From Sarea resinae (Eukaryota): a DNA stretch of 64,000 bases. Position numbers and translations under genes: made by a program. Below, one piece after another: positions 52,545 through 64,000 of the stretch. Each line of letters starts with the position of its first letter. Positions within the stretch are counted from its first letter, which is position 1. The stretch is taken from positions 62,001 to 126,000 of the forward strand of contig JAPEUD010000033.1 of assembly GCA_026026165.1 (NCBI GenBank), given 5' to 3'. The notes under the pieces were generated by a model. The model was not told the origin of the DNA. It saw only the letters and a program-made list of their open reading frames with translations, and did no database searches.

Positions 52545-53216
52545 GTGGTGGTGGGGAAGATGTGGAGGAAAGGGGGGGTTTCGTGTATCAAGTACGAGCA
52601 TCCATCCTCTGGGCTCCGTGTACCTATTTATATTTATTTATATACCAGACATGGCATCTCGCCTCGTTTGAGTGGGAAAACCAAACCCGTCTTGAGTTTC
52701 AGAGCGTTAACATAGCAAGTCGTTCGTTCGCATTGACAAAAGAAGGGGCCCCCACATCGACAGACATTATCTTCACCCCCTCTCTCTCTCCTCTCTCTCT
52801 CCTCCGCACTTTGATCCGCGCTCAGTAGACGGAGTAGAGAAGTATGACGAGCTTCAAACGCCCGGCAAGTGAGTGAGTGAGTAGTCAACATTACCAAATT
52901 TCTCCTACAGCAGCTCACCTCTCCCTCCCCTCCTCTCTCGCACCAGACCCCAGCACCGCGGCTCCAGAGAAAAAAACAAAAAAAAACAAAAAAAAATCGG
53001 GGTTCAGCCACCAAAACCCCCGATCAGATTCCGAGCAATGAACAATCAAGCCCAAGTCTAGACTCCCTACCTGCCTTACCTACCTAGAGTACCTCTGTAG
53101 GTAGCGACATTCCTCCTTTTTCCGAGCCGTGAAAAAGATATCGGGCATGCTTGACGCTGTGGTGGGGTCGTGGATTCTGCTCTAATGTGGGCATGTGAGT
53201 TACGCGGGCTTTCCTT

Positions 53217-53254
53217 GAAGACAGGACAAGACAGGACAAGACAGGACAAGACGA
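53217..53254. repeat. (AAGACAGGAC)3+ short tandem repeat
   Basis: gaagacaggacaagacaggacaagacaggacaagacga. Confidence 0.85.
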
Positions 53255-53713
53255 GAATAGACGAGACACGGAAGATATTCGGGAGCTGATGAGATGCACA
53301 GCTTGAGATAGATACTGACGTCTAGGATTGGGGATTAGAAGCTGGCCGGCCTCAAGGCGGTGTCCGGGTGGTTGTGGTTGTGGGATGCTCAGTCTCGCTA
53401 TTGATGATTCTGCTCCGGAGGATTGGAATGCTGTTCAACGGGCCTTTGTTTTCATACCTTATGTATTGGTGGCTTCAGAGTTTATTTACTACTAGTAGGA
53501 TGGGTCGTCGGCTGCCGGAGTTCTGGATCTCATCTTAGATTTTCTTTTGCCATAGGCACTCGTCATTTGGTGATCAGTAAATGCCTTCACGTGCCCCAAC
53601 ACCATAGGCCCACAGCAACGGAAATGAAAGCATAAGAGGATGCTATTATTTTCTACAATTCTGGTTCTCTCAAGGTCTGGTTGCTGTAGCTCACCGACGA
53701 TAAGGCACGCCTG

Positions 53714-55578
53714 TCAATGGTCTAGGGGACCGCTGTTCTTGGATGGCTCGGACCAGCTGAGTCTTTGGCCACCACGAACTGGGGCCTCAACTTCGTCGAC
53801 AACGACCTTGCCCTTGTTGTCACCTGGAAGTCGAGCATCTTTTGAAGAAACCCAAGAGCTGGGTCCTTCGACTCCCACGTCGTCACCAGGGACGAGGTCA
53901 GATCCATCCCATCCGATTATTTCCTCGTCGGCCACGACCTGATCCCCCTGCTGCCTGACCCTTCTCTTCCGATCCATACGCCTCCTCCACGGCTTATACA
54001 GCACCACACTCAAGCATCCGACGATGATGAAACTACCGCAGATACCTCCGCCAATGGCATCATAGTAGTCATTAGCCACCTCGACGCCGTCCCAGAATTT
54101 ACCGACCGGGTTAGCGACGGCGTCAATCATCGAGAGTAGCTGAAGAATGCCAATAGCGAGAGCGACAATGACCGTGAGCGCCGTGAGCACTATTGAGTAA
54201 TAGAGAAACGTGATGGGGTCGCGCCCTCCCCAAGCTGTTGTAGCGGTGGAGGGAAGAGTGTAGAGTGTCAACATGAGCGCCCCGTCTATGGTGTCAAGAA
54301 GACACATACCAGCTGTGGGAACGATCATGGTTCAGAATACAGCTGAGCATGTGGCAGTGAGGGGTCGGAGGCGTACCTGTAAATAGAGCAGGGAATATGA
54401 GGATCAGCCAAATACTTGTTCCCTTGGCAGCCTGGATTGAGGAGATTCCCAGGAGTGCGATCTCAGAGGAGGTATCGAAGCCGAGGCCAAAGAGAATACC
54501 AAGGGGATACATCTTCCAGGGTCTGCGAGGCCAAGGGTTAGCTTTTATATGCATAGGTATTCAGATAGTCCGTGAATGGTGCAATAGATAGGCATGGGCG
54601 CACCGGTTGATAAGCTTGAACATCCTCTTGAGCACATGGAACAAGCATCCCCCTCCTTCAATCCTCCATCCTTCATCTTCCTCACCATCTCGCAATGCCA
54701 GTACCTTCTTCATGTGCAAGATGAGCTTGTACAGGATGTACAGATTCATGATGCCAAGGATGATTAGGAAAGCAGCGCTGACCGAACTTCCAATGATTCC
54801 ACCGATCGTACCAAAGGAACCGAATTTCGATGAAACACTGGCAGCTGTTGCAGCGACTACAATTGAGGTGACCACAACAATGCTGGCGAGCCAATCGTCA
54901 GCAGTTGACCTCCCGCCACCAGTCCGCATACGAGATAGAGAACGAACGTGGAGTGCCCAAGGGAGAAAAAGGTCCCGACAGTCACAGGACGTTGGCCGTC
55001 GGCTATCAACCGCCGAGTCATAAGATCAATTGCCTGCGAGAGAAATGGGATCAGAGGTGGTCAGCGCCTTGAGCCCCTCAACTCAAGCTCACCGAGATGT
55101 GATCTGCATCAAGTGCATGTCGAAGGCCGAGACTATACGAGAGTGCAGCTGTAGAGACCAGGCCGCTGTGTGAACGAGTCGAATTCAAGGTCAGGAGGGC
55201 TTCCTCAATCGGCCTTCAAACAGGACCCTCTCGTGATTGATATCACCCACCTATGGAATCGCTACGACATCGATTGATCATTAACGTGTCGTTGCGAAAG
55301 GTGCTTGAGGAGCGAGAAGCTTGATGACTTACTAGCACAACTGCCATCACAGCCCATATGGCCAGATTGACGCTTGCAATCAGAGCAATGATCCCAATTG
55401 CTGCCAGCGGTACCCTCTTGATACCAAGATATCGGCCATGGGAGGTCTTGACCCTATGCAGAAGAGACTGCTTGAATGACATAGCTTGGGGTGGAGGGCT
55501 ATCGAGAGCGCACTCTTCTGATGACGCGAGAGCTGGAGCCAATTGAGAAGCCATTGTTGGTGGATGCAGCTGTCGCAT
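53714..55578 (-). CDS. High-affinity nickel/cobalt permease (NiCoT/HoxN family, Nic1-like), about 6 exons
   Basis: [15 protein letters not shown] signature; [41 protein letters not shown]. The start may be 55578 or 55554. Confidence 0.92.
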
Positions 55579-56010
55579 GGCAGTGCTCCAAAGCCCTAGC
55601 TCTAGGGTGACGGGAAAGAGAAGGCTTGCATCTGTATACGAAACGCTTCATGGAGAGCGTGGGGTGTGAATATTGCATCCAAATCGCTATCAGTCTATCA
55701 ACAGATGGAGCATGGATACAAAGTACACCATTCACTGCATGTACCCCACAAACTACCTACTACAGTACAGATCAGAGGTAGCATCAATCGGCCCGGGCCG
55801 TCTTCGGGTCACCCTAGCCCCGCGATGATGAACATCTACCGGCGCTGCTCACGGAGAATAAGAGTGGACAATTGATACGTTGCATGACAAGGCGAAACAG
55901 ATGGATGTGGTGTTGGTTCCAATAGCAGATGATGGTATCACTAAAACGCCTCCGGATCGTCCAAGGTAACTACCAAGGGAAACGACAAGAGCAAAATGAC
56001 CCCCAACTTC

Positions 56011-59000
56011 CTAATCGAAACGGCCGGCTCCAAAAACATCCAAGACTCCCTTTCTCTCGTCGGCAACCTTCATGCGACCTCTTTCCTTCCTCCTCTTACT
56101 CTCCTCAAACTTCACGCTTCTCTGCATCTCTCGTGATTGATAGTTGATGCTGCTCTTCTTTAGACCGCCCCTTTTGACAATGTCACTGGCGTCGTTGCCC
56201 ACTGAGCGTTGTGCCCCGATTGACACCCCCGTCGACGAAGTCATCGTGTTTGACTTGTTAGATAGTTGCACCGCACTCTTCCGAAGTAGACTCTGAACTC
56301 GAAATCCGGGCATCAGATGGCTAAGAGTAGAAGTATTGTGGAAGGCAAGTTTGGAATTCGTCGAGTCTGCTTGCGCCGGATTGTTACGCTGTTGCGAAAT
56401 GCGATCGATGACGAAATCTGACTTGTCTCTACCAGCACTGAGCCCGACTTGTTCAATCCGCTCATCGTCCTCGGCATCGGAGGGCTCAGCATTCGCGTTA
56501 TTGGACTCGTTCGGGTCCTCGATGAGGAATGAAACAGAATCCCGGATCTCTGTAAGAGACGCGGGCTTGCGAGTCTTCTGGGTACGACGATGTTTAGAGG
56601 ATGGCTCTTTCTCGTCAGAAGTCTCAAGCTCTCCATGCAAGCGTTTTGGTCTCCTGCTAGGCTCGGAGAGCGATGCTTGCGAGTTAGAGTTCTCCTGAGA
56701 ATCCATCGCCTCTGGAGACAAGTCTCCTGATTTGTCGAGGAAATCCATGTCAGAGTCGTCATGATCCTCAATTGCCCGAAGAAAAGCAGACTTTCTAGGG
56801 TTGGTTGCTTTGATATGATTAGATCAATGAAAACACCCCAGAAGAATCATCAACTTACCTATCTTCCCAATGTTCTCGTCTTCAAGCAGCGCCTTTCTCA
56901 TCTTAGCAAATTCTCGTCTTTTCCTCCTCTGTCGTGCTTCACCATCATCTTCGGAATCCGAGAGAGAGTAGTCGACTCCGCGCTTGCGACGTAGCGTGCC
57001 GTTAGTAATGTCTTTGAATAGTTTTTCCACCTGTTTAGCATCGTTCGTCCGCTGTTGGTTTCTATATGGCATGTCTTAGCAAATTTTGACACATAGCATG
57101 AAAGGCTAAGACTCACGCATAGAATGAAGCCAGCTTCCTCTCATCAACATTGACTTTCTCTTCATCATTGATCATTTCCTGGACTTCATGATCTTCTCCG
57201 CCAAGATCATCATCACTAGCACCACCTAGGCCAGCATATTCATCCTCGGACTCTTCGGCTTGTTCTTCGACCATATCTTTAGCCTTACTCTTCTCCTTAT
57301 CGAAGGCCTCATGCTGAGCAATGCTACGTTTAGATGCTGTACGCATAACGTCAAACGCGTTCGCTGAGATCTCGAATCCATCTTCGTCTGAAGACATTAC
57401 AGTCTCCTCAGGACCCGCGTTTTCCTTTTCGCTCGAAGATACCGAGACCGTCCGGATGCGGCGCTGCAGCCTTCGTCTCCCTTTCGAATGTGACTCATTA
57501 TCGCGATGTGATAGTAAGAGAGTGTCGACCGTAGAAGGGGGAATTCCGTCATATGGATTTCGGTCAGGAGGATGTTGGATTCCAACATCCTGGGTGGGAT
57601 CTGGAAGCTCGGAATACTGTGTTGCTGCCAACCTTCCAATAGAGGCAGGGTCGTCGTCATTATCCCGATAAACCTGTGATTGAGAGTAATTAAGCTCAAT
57701 ATCAGGTAGGTTTGAAGCACCCTGACTGGGTCCGGATTGGTCCTGAGACGATCCACCCTGGCTATCTCTAATAATGTCGTGTGAGCCGTCATCGACGAAG
57801 CGTTGGAAGTCCATCAGGCTTCCTAAATGCGGACCTTGGCGTAGTAAAGCAAGAGAATCTTGCTCTTCATCAAGTATAGGACCTTCCCTTGCAGCATGTT
57901 CTACTTGACTTTGGGACTCCGCCATGGTACCTGCAAACATCTGAGTCAAGCTCATGGGTGCCTTCTCAATTCCACCAAAAACAGGAAGAATGGATGTCGA
58001 TTTAACGGCCGAGTCACCAGCTGATTTATTAGATGAGATATGTGCGTTATCTTCATCTTCATCGTCAGAGATGACAGGGTGTTGTCTAGGTTTGCTTCGA
58101 ACGCGAGGCTGAACGGGTTCAGGCTCCTCCAGATCATGCTCCTCCACTTCGTCGTCAGTCGCGTTTTCCATCGCCTCCTCATTAACGAAGGGGTTCAGGT
58201 CTGCTCTCTCCCTGGACGCATCGTTCTGGATTTCTTCGTTCACATCATCGTCACTTCCGACCTCTTCGTCAATCTTCATGTCGTTCTCCTCATTATCTTC
58301 GTCATCATCCTCATCCTCATCGCCAGCTTCGTTAGACAGTTCAACGTCTGATTCATTGTCAGAGCCATCCCAGTCTTCGTCATCTTCGGAATCGACCAGC
58401 GCGTTTCGTCCTCCGTTGGCGGTGTCTTCTTTTCGCGAAGCCTCTTTTTCGCGCTTTTTGATCTCCACGGCCTCCTTTCGAGCCTTCTCCAGGATGTCTT
58501 CTACGTCGACCTGGTCTCGCTCCCTTTCTTCGGCGCTTTGCACAACAATGCCTCTGTTCCTTAATTCCTGCAGTCGTGCTTCTCTCTCATGTGCTGCTTG
58601 TTGCCTAGCGCGTTGTTGCAATGTCAGATGCAGTTGAGCTAAAGTCATGGACCGTTTCCCTTTCGTCTGTCTGCTTGGAGACGTGAGGTTTGCGAGGGTT
58701 CGCAGAGCATGCATCGAGTCTGAGTTGCGGGCTTGCTGACGTGGAAGATTGTCCAGTAGCGCAACTCCTTTGACCTTGCTCGTGGGAAGAATCTCAAGAT
58801 CGCTGTCGCTGTCTGCACAAGAGCTCTGCCTAGGCCTGCTCAGGTGTATTGAAGGAAACCGTCGAGAAGTTCCGGGACCCTTTTTTTGCTGTTGTTCAAC
58901 ATTCAAGGAGCTTGCTCTTAGTGCCGGGGCTTTTTCTTTGCCCTTGACTGTCGATTGAGCAAGAACATCCTTTAGATCTGGCACTTCTGCTGAAGGTTGA

Positions 59001-60235
59001 TCGTCGGCGAACCTGGTGGCTGAAGTGTTCCCAGTCGGATATGTGGCGGTCGCGTAAGCCTTGAGTGATCTTTCATGGTGCTCCTCATGATGTGGAGGAC
59101 TTGTAGGGGGTGTGTCCTTTTCGTGGGAGGGATCTGCCTCGGAAGTAACACTTGAATCGGAAGAACTCCTATCGACCTGACCTGGGGGCATCGTCTCTAT
59201 GACAGCATCCACGGAGTTCGGCTTGAAGTTAAACTTCGCGAAGAGACTCTCTTTGGGAATTTTCTTTTTCGTCCTTGCCTCGTGCGCCAATTGCATATTT
59301 CGACTCATACGCTGTGTTTCCCGCTGCAACTCCTCCATTGCCTTTTTGCCTGCTTTGCGAGTCGGACGAACATGCTGGACAAGGTTTTGCTGAGTGACGT
59401 CCTCATCATCGATATCTTGTTCCATAACTCCGGGACGAGTAGAGGCACCTTGTTCGAGAGAGTCCCCAGTCCTAGCATTAATTCTCTGCTCTCTGTCTTT
59501 TTGCCGTTGCCGCTCTGTAGCTTCTTTTGCAAGACGAGCTTCTTTCTTCCGGGCTACAAGAGCTAGAAATCGCGCGTTCGTTTGGGGTTTGTCCGGAAGA
59601 TCAGAGTCTGAATCGTCTTCAGAAGGAACTGGCTGATGTGTTTTCCGTGCCAATGGAGAGGGTGGCTCCGGCGTCAAGAACAAGCCGGGAGATGATGAGG
59701 GTGGAAGGAACCCTTGTGTCTCTGGAGTCTGCTGACCTGCCGACATTCTGCTGGAGCCTTGGAGTGATGTCGATGGTGATTCTGATCTTCTATCAGACAT
59801 ACTGGCTCTCGTCCCTCCAGACGTGATCTGCTTCCTTATATTCTCGTAAGAATTACTTTCCACAGGACTCCCCTCCTTGTGACCCCGTCCCAATACTGGT
59901 TGCATCTGAATCTGCATCCGCGCAGCCATCCTACCCCTAGGATGGGCCACGATTGCATCCACCTCTTCGTCGACAGCGTCTCCATCGACGCGTTCGTATT
60001 TGGTGCCCGAGACGGCTGCTGTTCGAGCTTCACTGGGAGAGCTTATTGTTGGCTTCCGCGCAGCGCTGGGGGCCGTATCCTCCTCAGAGTCATTATCGAG
60101 TTCTGCAAGCAACGCCTTGACCTTGCTGCGCGGAGTGAGCTGCAGCGGAGAAGACGTCTCGGGATCGAATGAAGGCTTGAGGGATAGATCGCCGCCGGGC
60201 GAAGACACACGGGAGTGCGTCGCGGGCGAAGCCAT
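56011..60235 (-). CDS. MRC1: Mediator of replication checkpoint 1 (Mrc1/claspin-like), 3 exons
   Basis: LTPRSKVKALLA; RKAGKKAMEELQRETQRMSRNMQL; SQ/TQ-rich cluster; MRC1-like domain MVEEQAEESEDEYAGLGG...VEKLFKDITNGTLRRKRG...KRREFAKMRKALL. Confidence 0.9.
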
Positions 60236-60965
60236 CTTCAGTGGTAGATGGACGTGTGACACGAGCCTGGCAGACGGGCTCAAGAAGTTGTTGAAGGAAC
60301 CATGAAATGCGCACAGCTATGCAAATGTTGAAGACTTCAATGTTGATGGTGCACCGATACCCGTGGACCTTTGGTGTGGCAGGTACAGTAAGGTGGTCAA
60401 GGTACTGGATGACGCGACGCGTCTGCGCGACTGGCGATTATGGGCTAACCGAGCAATGACTACGTACTTCGGGCATCCACCCAATCCATTTAGGGCGTTG
60501 CCATCCATGACTAGGAACCCCAGATCTTGGCTACTCTACTTTAGCTAATCTACCTTCCTACCTACACTACAACAATGAATACCACTAGATATGCCTAGAT
60601 GATTGTTTGCAGATGCATGTCAGTTCATAGATGATCATCAAACTCACAATCTGGCTCCGGTTGCTATTCGAGTATGGTGTATTTTACGAAATGGCAGCTG
60701 CCAAGATGATCCACGAAGCGCCTGATCTACCATCCCCATATGCAATATCTAACACGCCGCGGCCACAATCATCTAACCGCAAGTCCTGCCGAGAGCCAAA
60801 CACACACTATCGTGATGCTCCGAGCCTTGATGTCCAAGTAGAAACGAATTGATCTGCAAGCCCCAGAAATGATACCCCCAAACCACGAGCCCTCGGGCAA
60901 ACCGTGACCATCATGCCCATATTATTCTTGACCTTCGCATGGCCCCTAGTGTGAGAAGTGATATC

Positions 60966-63060
60966 TCAGATGTCGATCTCAATGCCCAGATCCATAGAAC
61001 CGATGATGTCGTCATCCATGTTCCTCTGCCTGATGGTCGGAAGTCCACTTTTCTTCTCCCCTTTGGCCTTGGCCAACAATGAAGGTGTGCCAGTGGGGAT
61101 GGGCGTTGCGGACTTTCCGGGAGTATTTGCTCCACTAGTATTCAAAGGCGTTCCAACTCGGCTCTTGTCACTATCCTCGCCAAAGAGATCATCAACCCCG
61201 CGATTGGTTGGAGGGGTATGCGTGCTGCTGTTGACATCGTAGTGGATCCTGGCACGCGTCTTGACCCGTTGGAAAGGGTTGGCAGTAGCCTCTCCTCGAG
61301 CTACCGCGGCCTGAGCACGAGCATCAGCACGTTTTTCGGCAATTTGAGCACGACGGATGTCCTCGGCGTTCGCTTTGCGATTAGCACGATTGAGTGCTGC
61401 CAAGCGCTCCTGCTGGTTTGGTGGTTTTGGAACTTTGCTTTGAACATCAACGAGACTGGTGCCATAAGCGAGCTTCGGACCCTCGAGGGCTGCAAGTTCA
61501 GCGTCGCATTTCGCAACGGCTGCTTCATCGCCGAGTCTGACGGCTTCTTTGCGGCGATCGATAATCTCGTTGCGCTCAAAGATGGCTAGCTTGCTCTGTA
61601 ATGCTCCAGACCGCCTGAGCTTTTCTTGAATTTCTTGGTCAGTCCAGGTATGATCCAGGAGATCGTCGATGTCTGCAATCTTCTTGATCAGGAAAGGCTT
61701 GGTGGGGATAGGTAAAGACTCTTTCTCGAGCGTGTTCTTGTAGAAGGTAAACTCTTTCTACTAAGGTCAGTATGCGGATAACTCGGGAGAACATAAGCCA
61801 ACTAACCTCGGAGAACCTGGAATTAGAGCAGACGATGAAAGGAAAATTCTTCTCCGCTTTCCCGAAAGCGCACAGCGCGTACTGGTCTGTAACAAAGCGC
61901 TTCCCATCTCCTTTCTCTAGGGCATAATGCTTGCCCGAAGTGAAACCTGCAGAGGGTTGGTGTGAGTGATAGAGCAGGAAAGACAGCAAGGAATGTAGAG
62001 GCACACCTTTGATTTGTACCATGCGGTATACCATTTCCTTTTTATCGTCCATGCCAATGCTGACTCGAGCGAAGCAGCCCGTAATGGCCTTCTCAAATCC
62101 CGGATAGAAACAGACCTGGGCAAGATTGCTTCGTCCTACTTTGACCCGTTCAAAGTCTATCAATTCCGCCGGCTGCTCATTGGGTGCGGTGGATGTCGAC
62201 CGTCGACGAACTTTATCGCCCTTATCCCATTCAACTTCATTCTCGCTCTCCCCTTCGGCGTCAGCATCTGAAAATCCGTCTTCGACTCGCTGTCGCTTAT
62301 CACCGTCCTCATCGCGTTTCCTCTGCTCATTGTTGATACCTCTCTGCTCCCTCTGGCGCTTGTATTCTTCCAGCGGCTTTGAGCTCTCGCCGACCTTGCG
62401 GCCCCCTAATGTGGTCTTCTGCCGAGAACTCTTCCGTTTCCGGTCATCCAGTTTTGTAGAAGTAGCTTTCCGTTTCCGGCCGCCCTCTGCCCCAGCACCA
62501 TCAGACCTTCCCAACCTACGTCTCCTCAATATTTCGTTCTGGTGCGCTTCCTCCATTTCATTTGCACGTTCCGTAAGGATCGTCTCTCGCTCGATTTCGG
62601 ACAATTTCATGATCTCGACCTTGTCCTGCTCCGATTTGAATCTCCCTTCTATCGGGTACAAACTAGCAGTTATTCCAAGCTCGGGTGACGCATCTGAATC
62701 AGATTCGGACATCGACGCAGACTGAAGGGAGTTGGCTTCGGATGGCGCAGAAGAACTATTTGGTATTCAGCTATAGCCAGAATGTAGAAACGGATTTGCA
62801 ACTTACGCCTCGCCTTCTTCTTCGGAATCGCCCCTATCGGCCTTCTTCGCGGCTCTCCTCCGCCCCCCCGCAGGCTGAGACGACTTTCTCGCAGAGCTCG
62901 ATCTGGCTCTAGATTTGCTGCCAGCCTGCCCAGCGGGACCGTCAGACAGGGATGCGGGAGTTGGGGATCTAGCGCTTTTGGAGACTTGTCTGGGGACGTC
63001 CTCGTCGGAGGAGGTGTCACCACCGGCCAGAGCGAGTAGCTCTGCTTCGAGGTCTGCCAT
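60966..63060 (-). CDS. RTF1: Paf1 complex subunit Rtf1 (Plus3 domain), 4 exons
   Basis: MADLEAELLALAG; YPIEGRFKSEQDK..LSEIERETIL histone-modification-domain-like segment; Plus3-like VGRSNLAQVCFYPGFEKAITGCFARVSIG...CSNSRF; C-terminal DLGIEIDI. Confidence 0.92.
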
Positions 63061-64000
63061 AGTGAAGGATGGTCGAGAAGTATGCTATAGGGTGAATGAG
63101 ACGTGACGGAATCGAGAAGCAAATCTGGTGCGCCGGCTGAAGGTCCCACTCGAACGGTTGTGAATTGCAGAGACCCGAGACCCGAGCTTCAGGGGGTCGT
63201 TGGAAATCCTTGAGATAGGCTCTGTATGAGGGCTGAAATGGATGAGGACGATTAGAGAGCAGGATCGGGCTGAGACGTGAGTGTGTAATGACGATATCGA
63301 GAGGATTCCGGTTGATTTCCAGTGGTGTGATGGCCGCAGAATGTGGAACAATCGTCGAAGCAAGTGAGAGAGCGAAGAGCCTTCAGTATTGGAAGTGAGA
63401 GGGAATAACAAGAGTGAATGCGCGGCGACGAGACGGACGGGTCACGGTCCCGACTTCCAGTTTGTTACGGAAGTCACGTTGTTCACCTTGAGGTGCTCCG
63501 CCTACCGGAGCAACGACACCTCGGCTTAGACGGGATGGGACTAGCGTTTACGGCAGACCACGACGACCATACACGCACCCAGCACGGCAAGGTACCTCCA
63601 GCTCGTACCTCGTACGTCCTCCGCTAAGGTTCAATGGACGCATCATGGCCTCCTGGACCGTAAGGTAGTCTCGGGCGAGGAAATGCAACACCATCGATCT
63701 GCTGCACAGAATCATCACGGCACCTTTGCGATACACATTTGCGACACTCATCCGAAGCGCCTCTCGTTTCTCCATCTGATTTCAATGATATGAGCACCGG
63801 CCCAAGCTTTGGTGGCGGGCAACAACATCTCAGGCGAACATCTCAACCTCAACCCTTGCGCCACCCTCACCCTCAGCCAAGATGGGCGCAATAGCCATTG
63901 TACAGAGAGCAACGAAGCCGCCAGCGATTGGAGCACGTCCTTTTGCTTCAGACGTTTCCCGGGCTTGCCGTGCTCCCCATTGTGCGCGTCTGAGTACCGT

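Noticed and set aside
63548..64000. Possible gene start at the right edge (ATG...GTAAGG...CAG)
   Set aside because: The spliced frames I tried hit stops quickly, and the frames open to the edge show no motif. Not supportable without downstream sequence.

Overview
Eukaryotic genomic DNA from a filamentous ascomycete (Pezizomycotina): short GT-AG introns with CTRAC/CTAAY branch sites and typical fungal orthologues. Bases 1-~2650 are an ORF-free, very AT-rich, TpA-loaded block that looks like a RIP-mutated repeat relic. It is followed by two secreted peptidases (S10 carboxypeptidase, S53 tripeptidyl peptidase). Next comes a mostly housekeeping stretch: mitochondrial release factor, gamma-glutamyltranspeptidase, Slt2/MpkA MAP kinase, an alpha/beta hydrolase, phospholipase D, Sly1, a PNUTS/Ppn1-like PP1 regulator, a DUF218-like protein, LMW-PTP, an unannotated protein and a class I chitin synthase. 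An accessory-looking group follows (intronless P-loop kinase-like gene, cytochrome P450, EthD-family gene, NiCoT permease), and then Mrc1 and Rtf1. Best leads: (1) the unannotated gene at 40582-41722, whose C-terminus resembles my recollection of the conserved core of metazoan SPIDR; (2) a 533-nt intron in the PNUTS/Ppn1-like gene that could be an autoregulatory intronic polyadenylation or poison element; (3) the kinase-P450-EthD module with no backbone synthase; (4) recurrent intergenic TACGGAGTA and TAGGTA motif arrays. All product calls come from motif recognition and exon boundaries were read by eye; no searches were run. No tRNA, rRNA or CRISPR array was recognised.
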